Assembly: GCA_002269645.1 (NCBI GenBank)
Contig: NIVC01000051.1
Span: forward strand, 124,001 to 188,000
DNA length: 64,000 bases
From: Macrostomum lignano
Lineage: Eukaryota
Reading direction: 5' to 3'
Below, piece after piece: positions 1-11,640 of this stretch. Made by a program: the position numbers and the translations under genes. A model generated the notes under the pieces. It saw only the letters and a program-made list of their open reading frames with translations. It was not told the origin of the DNA and searched no databases. Each line of letters opens with the position of its first letter. Position 1 is the first letter of the stretch.

Positions 1-3000
1 ACAATTATGTGCCACCTGAGGCTAATTTTGTGACTGTGCCATTTCATCCTAATGGTAAGAGATGTTTTTATTATTTATTAATATAGTGCTAAGATGTCCT
101 CTAGGTCAAACAAAGATTATTTTTAAACTACTTAGTGAGTAGGGTGTATTAGGGTAATGTAATGGGTAATGACCTGAGGTTAGTTCAGTCAAAAATGTAT
201 TTTATTCCCAAAACAATACTCGTTTAGTTTAATTGCGAGCTATTATTGATCTTTGTGTAGTTTTTCAAGAGCTCTGTTAAAAAATACCTGCAACATTAAT
301 TTTTATAGTACTAACAGTAGTCCTACGACTTGTGCGTTGATTATAAAAGTAATTTGTTTAAAAAGGATTCGGGACCCCAAATCCCGGGATTTCGGGATCC
401 CGGGATCCCGAGATTGCAATCCCTAGTACCAATCTACATTTTCGCTTTGCCATTCGCAGTTGAACCGGACACTGGTCGTGTTGCATGTCCTTATCTGGAC
501 GATCCGCAGAAATGGAACGCGTCAGTTTCTTTAGCCGATTTATTGAGCAGCATTCAACAGCAGCTAACTGAGCCAAATGCTCAGCTAATATTGAATCCCG
601 AGGCTGCCGAAATGATGAGCACTGATTATGAGCAATATAAAAGCGTAGTTGCTCAGTGCGTACAAATGAGCCAAATTGTTGAAAGTGAGTTCGCGTCTTG
701 TATTTTGTTTTTTTAGGTTAGTGTTAGTTAATTATTGTCATTTTCAGCTACATTATCATGTTTTAATTTTAATAAAGAATCACATTTATTGTCTTTTTAG
801 CTACAGAAGTCGCCATTTCTCCACCAAATCCGCCCGCAAAGCCTTTGCGAGCTGGCATCGTAGTTTCTATGTGTAATTTTTTCAGTGAAATAGAAAATTA
901 TTTTTGTTTGTTTGTTGAATGTGCCAGTATTTTAGCTAATTTAACGATGTTGAATACAAGCCAAATTAGCACAATATTTAAAGTCCCGCATACATACATT
1001 GAGACCGAGATAAAATGAAAAGCTGGTTGGTAATATTAAGGTCGCGTTAACTTTGCTTGAACCCATTCGCACTTTCGCGATAAGATAAATATAGTTAGGG
1101 TAGAGGAAGGATTGGTTGACGGCCCAACCAGATCGATAAAACAGTCACCCACCCCCATCTAGCCAGCAGCGATTAAGTGAAGTTGGCGGGGTAGGAAAGA
1201 GGTTTAAGGCCGATAATAAAATCGATAAAAAAACACCCACCCACCCCCTGTGACTGTACATGACCAGCAGCGATAGATATAAGTTGACGGGAGGTTAGGA
1301 AACTCGGGTTGGTGGACTACCAGCTAATCGATAATAAACTCACCCACCCCATTCCATCCGGGCCTATGGGACTATGGCGCTTAGGGGGCCAGAGTGTACA
1401 TTTGTCTATGGGGCTTTGTGGGCAGAGTGTACATTTGTCTATAGGGCTTGAAGGTAGAGTGTACATTTGTATATGGGGCTTGGCAGGGGCAGGGCAAGAG
1501 TGTACATTGTCTATGGAAAAGGTCACTTTGACAAAACAGTTAATTAAGTACAGATGAAAATAAAAGCTATTGAATTCGCGGAAGTGCGCCGATTATCATT
1601 AATAGAAGCTTTTATTAATTACTGTGGAATCATATCTACCTTATTAGTAATACTATAAGAAATCTATTAATGTCAGAGTAAATTACTAACATGACTTCTT
1701 AGATAAGTGATTTTTATTCGAAATCATGCTATTTACCACCACCACTATCGGATATTGTTTCTTAATATTATCTGAGGAAACCTGACTCAAACCTGACTTT
1801 ACATGAATCCATGCTTAAATTAGTTACACCTTTGTTTAACAAGTATATTTCAGTTTTTTTATTTTCAAATTAAATCTTCCAGACTCCCCAGACAAGCTGC
1901 GACCATTCTCTCCATCGGGCGACGACGAGAATCCCGATGCGTCTGGCGGTGTGCGTCAACCCGTAGAGATCGAATACGATTTGGACTATTTGAACCGACC
2001 GCCGCCTAAGCCGCAGAAACCATCCCAAAGAAAGATTAGCTTTGAAACGTACCACGCCGATTGGAGTAAATTGGCTACTTCTAAGACTGTCGATCGAGAA
2101 CCGTTCAATCCTGGTCGGTTTTATAGGGGTTGGGGACATTTAGGGTACATTTTTCGATCGAGCTTGGTGGGCAGAATGTACATTTATCTATGGGGCTTGG
2201 GGGCCAGAGTGTACATGTGTATATGGGACTTGAGGGTAGGGTGTACATTTGTCTGAGGCTTGGTAGGAAAAGAGTGTACATTTTAGCATGGGACTTGAGG
2301 GCCGAATGTACATTTGTCTATGTGGTTGGACCAGGATATATACGACGTATTTGTCTATAGGATTCAGAATTTAAGATTAAGTTTAATTATGTTTCTCATT
2401 TAATTTTTTTCAGCTTCCGTATGGCACTCCGACACTTTGTCAGCTAAGATTGAAAGGTAATAGTGTGCAGGCTAGCTACTACCTACTAGATTAGTAGCTT
2501 AATAACTTTTGAAACTATCTTAATTTTTGCTGGCCAATTAACTTCAGTCACCGTCGTTTAAAATACGGAAATTCTGGCCAGCCAAAGCAGAAACAGCAGC
2601 AGAAACAGTTGGAATCAAATCTTGAGCGGTTGGATCAGATGCGGCGTATCTATTTGGCCCAGAGGCACGCCTCCAGTGAGTGTTTTTTCTGAACTTTTAT
2701 CTTTTTTACCTCGCTGTTTACACAGGGCTCGTAAATATCCTGATTCTCGAATTTCTAGCAAAAACATATTTTATCATCTTCGATTCATCTCATCTCATTA
2801 ATTGCTGGACCAGCCCCCCAGATGGGATCCTCAGTTGCTGGGCCAGCCCCCCAGATCCTCAGTTTCTGGACCAGCCTCCCAGATCCTCAGTTTCTGGGCC
2901 AGCCTCCCAGATCCTCAGTTGCTGGGCCAGCCCCCCAGATCCTCAGTTTCTGGGCCAGCCTCCCAGATCCTCAGTTTCTGGGCCAGCCTCCCAGATCCTC

Positions 3001-3474
3001 AGTTTCTGGGGCACCAGCCTCCCAGAGTGTCAGTTGCTGGGCCAGCCTCTCAGATCCTCAGTTGCTGGGCCAGCCTCCCAGAGTGTCAGTTGCTGGGCCA
3101 GCCTCCCAGAGTGTCAGTTGCTGGGCCAGCCTCCCAGAGTGTCAGTTGCTATGCCAGCCTCCCAGATCCTCAGTTGCTATGCCAGCCTCCCAGATCCTCA
3201 GTTGTTGGGTTATCTTCTCAGATACTTAATCACTTAGATATAGAAATATTGATTTACCAAAAATTGCTGAATTGTCATTCACTGATAAAAAAATCATGCA
3301 GACGTCTCAACAAGCCGGTCTCTAATGAGCGACATCAAAAAGCAGCCGCAGCCGCCTCATCAGCGTTCTCAGCTGCATCAGTTTGACAATGAAGAAGACG
3401 AAGTGGAGGCTGAGGACCTGGTCCAGTGGACTCGAGATTTGCCCAACGATGAGGCGGAGAGAATTAAGGCCTGA
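1..3474 (+). CDS. UBE2U: Ubiquitin-conjugating enzyme E2 U-like (5' end outside window); exons 1-54, 460-684, 1883-2113, 2414-2456, 2548-2675, 3302-3474
   Basis: Phase-consistent GT-AG splicing gives ...NYVPPEANFVTVPFHPN|VEPDTGRVACPYLDDPQKWNASVSLADLLSSIQQQLTEPN...RKISFETYHADWSKLATSK...EVEAEDLVQWTRDLP*. It has the E2 HPN motif plus the SFxxY..WS.IATSK and E.EDL..WT motifs I recall from UBE2U. Confidence 0.88.
372..426. mobile_element. Probable right end of a hAT-type MITE (CGGGA/TCCCG subterminal motifs, ends ...TGCAATCCCTA)
   Basis: Clustered cgggatcccggga motifs similar to those inside the MITE at 25153-25560; no matching left TIR or TSD found. Confidence 0.35.
1383..1515. repeat. Imperfect ~30-bp intronic tandem repeat (gggcagagtgtacatttgtctatggggctt)
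   Basis: About 4 copies; same family recurs at 2165-2360. Confidence 0.7.
2165..2360. repeat. Imperfect ~30-bp intronic tandem repeat, same family as 1383-1515
   Basis: agagtgtacatttgtcta...gggctt units. Confidence 0.7.
2805..3205. repeat. 28-bp minisatellite (ccagatcctcagttgctgggccagcctc) in last UBE2U intron
   Basis: About 14 direct copies; explains ORFs 2680-3386. Confidence 0.9.
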
Positions 3475-3719
3475 ACAATTCTTACATAGAAACTGCCGTT
3501 TGCTTACTATTTTGAAGTTCTTTTCGACTGAATTGGGGGCTATTTAACAGAGAACAAGTTGCGCTGTGATACAGACTTATTTTCGTTATTTTTTCACTTC
3601 TACTAGTGTTACCTTTTCCTTTTCCTAATTCCTGTTATTGCGTTCCGTCCAAACTTAAAGATAAATATTATCTAATTCAGTTTTTTTTTACTAGCAAACA
3701 CAGATGGAATTGATTTATT

Positions 3720-4046
3720 TGACTGACTGACTGACTGACTGATTGACTGACTGACTCACTGACTGACTGATTGACTGACTGACTGACTGACTGACTGACT
3801 GACTGACTGATTGACTGACTGACTGACTGACTGCCTGACTGACTGACTGACTGACTGACTGACTGACTGACTGACTGATTGACTGACTGACTGACTGACT
3901 GACTGACTGATTGACTGACTGACTGACTGACTGACTGACTGACTGACTGATTGACTGACTGACTGACTGACTGACTGACTGACTGACTGATTGACTGACT
4001 GACTGACTGACTGATTGACTGACTGACTGACTGACTGACTGACTGA
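3720..4046. repeat. (GACT)n/(GATT) microsatellite
   Basis: Direct reading. Confidence 0.95.
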
Positions 4047-4121
4047 TTTTAGTGATGTTCTCACACTAAAAGCATTCCTAACCTGCTTTTTCAGCTCCAG
4101 CGTACCCAAGCAGCCTAAGCC

Positions 4122-7100
4122 ATGTCATCCGAAGCTGAGTGGGAGCTCTGGTACTGGCCTCTAGCCGGTCGAGGCGAATTCGTTCGCCTCATGTTTGAAG
4201 AGGCCGGAGTCGCCTACAAAGAAGTGAACGATCCCCAGCCGCTGACTGATAAATTTAAAGGCCAAAGTAAGGTTGGTTGGCCCGTGTTCGCTGTGCCTAT
4301 GATAAAGAAGGGTGAGTGAGAGCATAAGTGTAAAATATTTTTTTAAAGAATAAACAGAGGGAAACGATTTTGAGCAGTGAGAACAGCCATTGGCAGAGGC
4401 AGTCACAGTCACGTATAGATAGAAATAGAAACAGCCATGACCCATGAGCAGTGCGGGAAAAATCATGAGCAGATGAGAAGGAATCATGACTATATGAGAA
4501 GGAATCATGACTATATGAGAAGGAATCATGAGCAGATAAGAAGGAATCATGACTAGATGAGAAGGAATCATGACTATATGAGAAGGAATCATGACTAGAT
4601 GAGAAGGAATCATGACTATATGAGAAGGAATCATAAGCAGATAAAAAGTGAAATACTTATGGGGTTTTCTCGGGGTGGCCTGGTAGGTCTTTGAATCCCA
4701 CCGCTGCCACCAGTGAAGTACAGGCTGTTTGCTTCCCGGATTAGGCCCTTGCGGATTACCTTATGACTCGAGCCTCTTCAGTGGGAAGTTCTCTCAACTC
4801 TCAGTAGCGTAGGTAGTGCTGCCACCAGTTCCTTCAGGTCTCGGCCTTCGATGAGGTGAGCTTCCCGTCGGAACGAAATAAACAAGTCAACGAACTCAGC
4901 ACAGCGTGCAGATTTGCAGATTAACGAACAAGGCGTCCTGATCAGCAGATCCCCGCCGGGCTCAGGGGTGGCTGGGAAGGCAGTGTTAGCCTCCCTTAGG
5001 CTTGGGCTTTAGTGGGGTCTCAGTCAGACCAGTACAAACGGATTCAGTACGCAAAGGGCACTTAGTTAGACACTGACGCACACGGGATCTTAGTGAATTA
5101 TCCGCAGATAAGAAGCCTATCCTTGACGGAAACAAGGGGAGAGGGGTCCTATTTATAGCCGGGAAACACCCACGCACAAGACCTCGTGACTTGTTCTATT
5201 TTTAGAACTGACGTCACTTGAGATCTCGAGGCAGGGTCTCAGTGCGCGCAAGACCTCGTGACTTGTTCTATTTTTAGAACTGACGTCACTTGAGGTCTCC
5301 GGCCAGAGTACACGCGGCTGTGACTCAGTTGCTATTTTTAGCAACATGAGTCACTCCTCTCCTTAGAGAAGGGAGGGGTCCGAAAGCACGTGATTCTCCC
5401 GGTAAACAGGGCCAACGAGTGCAGTAAACATGTTTACTGCACTTTAGGACTCGAAGAACGCAGAGTCTGTCATGTGACTTGCTCACATGACAGAGGAAAA
5501 CGGGACGGGAACGAAACAGACACAGCCCACAGCAGAGAAGCTGAGGGCCGAGAACAGAGACGCAGAAGGGCAGAACAGGCCAAGGGCAGCAACAGACGGG
5601 CCAAGGGGGGTGGGAAGCTGACCAGCGGCAGACAGCAACCCAGGGCGAGGGCGAGGGAGACTGCTGACAAAGTGGGACGCCTAGCATCAACTAGCGGATC
5701 ACTACAGAAGGAATAATGAGCAGATGAGAAGGAATCATGAGCAGATGAGAAGGAATCATGAGCAGTGAGAAGGAATCATGACTAGATAAGAAGGAATCAT
5801 GAGCAGATGAGAAGGAATCATGACTGGATAAGAAGGAATCATGAGCAGATGAAAAGGAATCAAAAGCAGATAAGAAGGAATAATGAGCAGATAAGAAGGA
5901 ATCATGAGCAGATAAGAAGGAATCATGAGCAGATAAGAAGGAATCATGATTAGATAAGAAGGAATCATGAGCAGATAAGAAGGAATCATGAGCAGATAAG
6001 AAGGAATCATGAGCAGATATGAAGGAATCATGATTAGATAAGAAGGAATCATGAGCAGATGAGAAGGAATCATGACTAGATAAGAAGGAATCATGAGCAG
6101 ATGAGAAGGAATCATGACTGGATAAGAAGGAATCATGAGCAGATGAAAAGGAATCAAAAGCAGATAAGAAGGAATAATGAGCAGATAAGAAGGAATCATG
6201 AGCAGATAAGAAGGAATCATGAGCAGATAAGAAGGAATCATGATTAGATAAGAAGGAATCATGAGCAGATAAGAAGGAATCATGAGCAGATAAGAAGGAA
6301 TCATGAGCAGATATGAAGGAATCATGATTAGATAAGAAGGAATCATGAGCAGATGAGAAGGAATCATGACTAGATAAGAAGGAATCATGAGCAGATGAGA
6401 AGGAATCAAGCAGATAAGAAGGAATCATGACTAGATGAGAAGGAATCATGACTAGATAAGAAGGAATCATGAGCAGATGAGAAGGAATCATGACTGGATA
6501 AGAAGGAATCATGAGCAGATGAAAAGGAATCATAAGCAGATAAGAAGGAATAATGAGCAGATAAGAAGGAATCATGAGCATATAAGAAGGAATAATGAGC
6601 AGATAAGAAGGAATCATGAGCAGATAAGAAGGAATCATGAGCAGATAAGAAGGAATCATGATTAGATAAGAAGGAATCATGAGCAGATAAGAAGGAATCA
6701 TGAGCAGATAAGAAGGAATCATGAGCAGATAAGAAGGAATCATGAGCAGATAAGAAGGAATCATGATTAGATAAGAAGGAATCATGAGCAGATGAGAAGG
6801 AATCATGACTAGATAAGAAGGAATCATGAGCAGATGAGAAGGAATCAAGCAGATAAGAAGGAATCATGACTAGATAAGAAGGAATCATGATTAGATAAGA
6901 AGGAATCATGACTAAATAAGAAGGAATCATGATTAGATAAGAAGGAATCATGATTAGATAAGAAGGAATCATGAGCAGATGAGAAGGAATCATGACTAGA
7001 TAAGAAGGAATCATGATTAGATAAGAAGGAATCATGAGCAGATGAGAAGGAATCAAGCAGATAAGAAGGAATCATGACTAGATAAGAAGGAATCATGACT

Positions 7101-8640
7101 AGATAAGAAGGAATCATGATTAGATAAGAAGGAATCATGAGCAGATGAGAAAGAATCATGACTAGATAAGAAGGAATCATGATTAGATAAGAAGGAATCA
7201 AGCAGATAAGAAGGAATCATGATTAGATAAGAAGGAATCATGATTAGATAAGAAGGAATCATGAGCAGGTGAGAAGGAATCAAGCAGATAAGAAGGAATC
7301 ATGAATAGATAAGAAGGAATCATGACTAGATAAGAAGGAATCATGATTAGATAAGAAGGAATCATGAGCAGATGAGAAGGAATCATGACTAGATAAGAAG
7401 GAATCATGATTAGATAAGAAGGAATCAAGCAGATAAGAAGGAATCATGATTAGATAAGAAGGAATCATGATTAGATAAGAAGGAATCATGAGCAGGTGAG
7501 AAGGAATCAAGCAGATAAGAAGGAATCATGAATAGATAAGAAGGAATCATGACTAGATAAGAAGGAATCATGAGCAGATGAGAAGGAATCATGACTAGAT
7601 AAGAAGGAATCATGACTAGATAAGAAGGAATCATGATTAGATAAGAAGGAATCATGAGCAGATGAGAAGGAATCAAGCAGATAAGAAGGAATCATGACTA
7701 GATAAGAAGGAATCATGAGCAGATGAGAAGGAATCATGACTAGATAAGAAGGAATCATGACTAGATAAGAAGGAATCATGATTAGATAAGAAGGAATCAT
7801 GAGCAGATGAGAAGGAATCAAGCAGATAAGAAGGAATCATGACTAGATAAGAAGGAATCGTGAGCAGATGAGAAGGAATCATGACTAGATAAGAAGGAAT
7901 CATGAGCAGATGAGAAGGAATCATGAGCAGATAAAAAGAATCATGAGCAGAACGGGAAGGAGTAATGAGCAGCTAGTAATACTGAAGCAGATTTGTAGAG
8001 TCTTAGACAATCATGAACAGGCGGTTAAATTGATTGATGGTAGGCTACATGTACTTAAGTCAGTAGTATAGGAAGCATGATAGCGACTTTACTCTATGGG
8101 ATTGCAAATCTTGCCGCAGGCGATTTCGAGCTCGGCCAGACTGGCACAGTGTGCCGCTACCTGGGCAAGCAGTTCGGCCTGTTCCCAGCCAGCGAGGCCG
8201 ATCAATTCCGCGCCGACCAGCTGTGCACCACTGTGATGGACTACATTGCCGAGGGTCGGTTAGCCTTTCACGGCAAAAATCATTACGAAACCTACTATAA
8301 TCAGCAAGAGTTCACCCAGCCCTATATCGATTATTTCATTGCTAATCGTATACCGAAGTTCCTGCCGCACTTTGAAGCCACTCTGCGTTATAACAATGCT
8401 GACAAGCCAGAGAGCGCCGATTCGCTGTACTGTTTTGGCAACAGTTTAACCTACGTAGACCTGTGCCTGTTGCACGTGCTACGCGCCACAGAGTCGCAAT
8501 TCCCGGACGCTTGGAAGGCCAATATTTCGTCTTATCCGTTGTTGGCCCGATTTAAACAGCAGATGGAATCGAGGCCCCGGCTGAAGGCCTATTTCGCTTC
8601 AGCCAGATGTAGGCCGTTCGAGGGCAACAGCATGATGTGA
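4122..8640 (+). CDS. Glutathione S-transferase; exons 4122-4311 and 8120-8640 (236 aa)
   Basis: MSSEAEWELWYWPLAGRGEFVRLMFEEAG...FAVPMIKK|GDFELGQTGTVCRYLGK...LTYVDL...YPLLARF...RPRLKAYF: GST N-terminal thioredoxin fold plus C-terminal helical domain; phase-1 intron GT 4312 / AG 8119; total 711 nt. Confidence 0.92.
4441..7960. repeat. 21-bp minisatellite (gagcagataagaaggaatcat) filling the GST intron, interrupted by a solo LTR; 294-bp and 227-bp higher-order units
   Basis: Variant markers recur at 294 bp (5821/6115; 6017/6311) and 227 bp (7053/7280/7507). Confidence 0.95.
4649..5706 (-). mobile_element. Solo LTR (~1058 bp), probably Ty3/Gypsy-type
   Basis: Minus strand reads TGTAGTG...GTATTTCA (TG...CA). 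Near-perfect 4-bp TSD (aaag/gaag) restores the array sequence cataagcagataagaaggaataat seen at 6531. TATAAAT on minus strand at ~5150-5157, duplicated 72-bp-spaced enhancer-like block, no coding sequence. Confidence 0.75.
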
Positions 8641-8938
8641 TTGCGTTAGCAAGATTTCTGTCTGTGACTATTAAAAACAAAATTTTGTAGATTCCTCCGT
8701 AGAATTTATTAAACATACATTTTTACACTTTTCGTCTACTATTAGTAGGATGACGTAGCCGTGTGCTTCTTTAATAAATTATTCTATTGTGGCAAAATAT
8801 TTTAATAAATCGTAGGCATTATAGCAACTATACTATACTTATTATTAGTCCTATAATTAGAAACCTATTTATTACATTTCATTTCAAATATACTGTTTTT
8901 TCAACTATTTTCTCTATTTACAAATAATTAATCTACAT

Positions 8939-10874
8939 TTAATAAAACTCAACAAATCTATAGAATCGTTTATTTTGGTTTGCCCAATTGGTAGTTAATA
9001 CAACAAAGATTGATATATTTGCTGCTATTAGCAGTAGTATTACAACAAAATGATTGTTGACGAGGTACTGTCTGGGTTGCAATCGAATGTTGAGTCCAAG
9101 TGTTCTCATTGTTCCGTTAGTGCCAAAACGGGCTTCTACTGATGCCGCAGCTGCTTGGCGATTTTCTGCACCGCTTCTGGCATCGTTTCTGACATTTGCG
9201 GTATCGTCGCCTCTGATGCCGGAGGCGATTCTTCTTGCGCTGACGCCGGCACTCGCTGCGGCAGTGGCATTTGCGAGCTTGACGGCGCTTGTCCGCTGCA
9301 TGCAAATTTTGCGGGTGGGTCCGGTAATGTGTGCTGTTGCTCTCGTTAGGAAGAGACTGCTGGACTTTCTCAGAGACTAATGGACTTGGTCAGAGACTGC
9401 TGGACTTTCTCAGAGACTAATGGACTTGGTCAGAGACTGCTGGACTTTCTCAGAGACAAATGGATTTATTCAGAGACTGCTGGACTTTCTCAGAGACTAA
9501 TGGACTTGGTCAGAGACTGCTGGACTTTCTCAGAGACAAATGGATTTATTCAGAGACTGCTGGACTTTCTCAGAGACTAATGGACTTGGTCAGAGACTGC
9601 TGGACTTTCTCAGAGACAAATGGACTTGGTCAAAGACTGCTGGACTTTCTCAGAGACTATTGGATTTGGTCAGACTATTGGACTTGCTCAGAGACTATTG
9701 GATTTGGTCAGAGACTATTGGATTTGGTCAGAGACTATTGGATTTGGTCAGAGACTATTGGATTTGGTCAGAGACTACTGGATTTGGTCAGAGACTATTG
9801 GATTTGGTCAGAGACTATTGGATTTGGTCAGAGATTATTGGATTTGGTCAGAGACTATTGGATTTGGTCAGAGACTATTGGATTTGGTCAGAGACTACTG
9901 GATTTGGTCAGAGACTATTGGATTTGGTCAGAGACTATTGGATTTGGTCAGAGACTATTGGATTTGGTCAGAGACTACTGGATTTGGTCAGAGACTATTG
10001 GATTTGGTCAGAGACTATTGGATTTGGTCAGAGACTACTGGATTTGGTCAGAGACTACTGGATTTGGTCAGAGACTATTGGATTTGGTCAGAGACTATTG
10101 GATTTGGTCAGAGACTACTGGATTTGGTCAGAGACTATTGGATTTGGTCAGAGACTATTGGACTTTCTCAAAGACCAGTGGACTTGGTCAGAATTATTTG
10201 AAATAGTCAACAGCCAATGCACATTGTCATTGCCCACATGTATTGACTGGACTTCGACAAATACGTTGGCTTGAATCAGAGACAAATTGATTATTGCTCA
10301 AGAGAATCAAGACTACTGAACTAGACAGAAATTAAAGGAAATCGCTCACCCATTGACAAGCAGGCCTTTTTAAAGTGCCGCTGCATGACAATCATTCTTC
10401 TATTGGCCAGCAGCGGCCAATAGAAAGTCATGTGCATCTCAAATCCGGTGATGCCGGAGATGAGATTGGTGCATTGCAGTTCGATAAAAAATCCTGCAAG
10501 GAATAAATCAAATAAAAAACCCATGTCTTATCTGGCTACTCATATAAGTAGAAATGCAAGTTTTCAATCTCTCACCAGCTCCCTGCATGGCTGGTACGTA
10601 TCCTTGTGTCGTAATGCTTAGCATTGGCGTCTCCAAAACTGTTGTGTTGTGCGACTTCAATCTAATTAGTCGGTAATAAAGCTGAAGGCGTGAAAATTTG
10701 TCAAAATAACCGGCTAGATACAATGAAGAAACGTGTTTCTGCTTTAATTGTTTCGAGTGTGCATTGATTAAGCGTCTGCCATTTTTGTAGTATCTATTCA
10801 TATGTATGTACAGTTTCTCTCCTAACGTTTCTTAGTGTCTTAGTGTCTGTCTGTCTGTCTATCTTTTTGTTTGA

Positions 10875-10950
<76 letters not shown>

Positions 10951-11395
10951 GTGTCTGCCTGTCTGTCTGTCTGTCTGTCTGTCTGTGTGTCTTTCTGTCT
11001 GTCCGTTGTCTGTCTGTCTGTCTGTCTGTCCGTCCGTCTTTAGTGTCTTAGTATCACTGGCACTGCACTAACCTGACTCTCCTCGTAGGATCCCGCTGCC
11101 GAGCTCCAGTTGAATCTGATTTTATTCACATTAAATGCCAGAGCGATGCCCCTGGCCGATACGAAGTCCACTGTTGGATACAGGAGTGCCGTGCCGTTCT
11201 CAACCAGCGGATATGTTGGCTGCGTGAGGGCCCGGTGAAAAGGGCTGGAGCGCTCTGCGGTGCAGTGTGAGGGGCGAAATTGCGATCAGGGTGTGTATTG
11301 ATTTGCTGACAGGTTTTCTAGATACATCTTAATGGATGAATGCCAACAGATAGTCCGAAAGGCATGCACAAAGACAGAAAGTCAGACAGACAGTC

Positions 11396-11428
<33 letters not shown>

Positions 11429-11553
11429 GTCAGACAGACAGACAGACGGACAGACAGACAAACAGACAGTCAGACAGACAGACAGACAGACAGATAGACA
11501 AACAGACAGACAGTCAGACAGACAGACAGATAGACAGACAGACAGACAGACAC

Positions 11554-11640
<87 letters not shown>

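Noticed and set aside
801-870. Possible extra UBE2U exon (tttag|CTACAGAAGTCGCC...)
   Set aside because: No convincing donor; exon 460-684 joins 1883 in phase without it
5691-7924. Long ORFs MIPSYLL.../DSFLSAH... (up to 385 aa)
   Set aside because: Translations of the 21-bp intronic minisatellite on the antisense strand of the GST intron
9380-10274. ORFs with [20 protein letters not shown] repeats
   Set aside because: 20-bp minisatellite read through all frames
10598-10605. GTATCCTT, a U12-type 5' splice-site motif
   Set aside because: Lies antisense within a coding exon of the WIF gene; no plus-strand gene here
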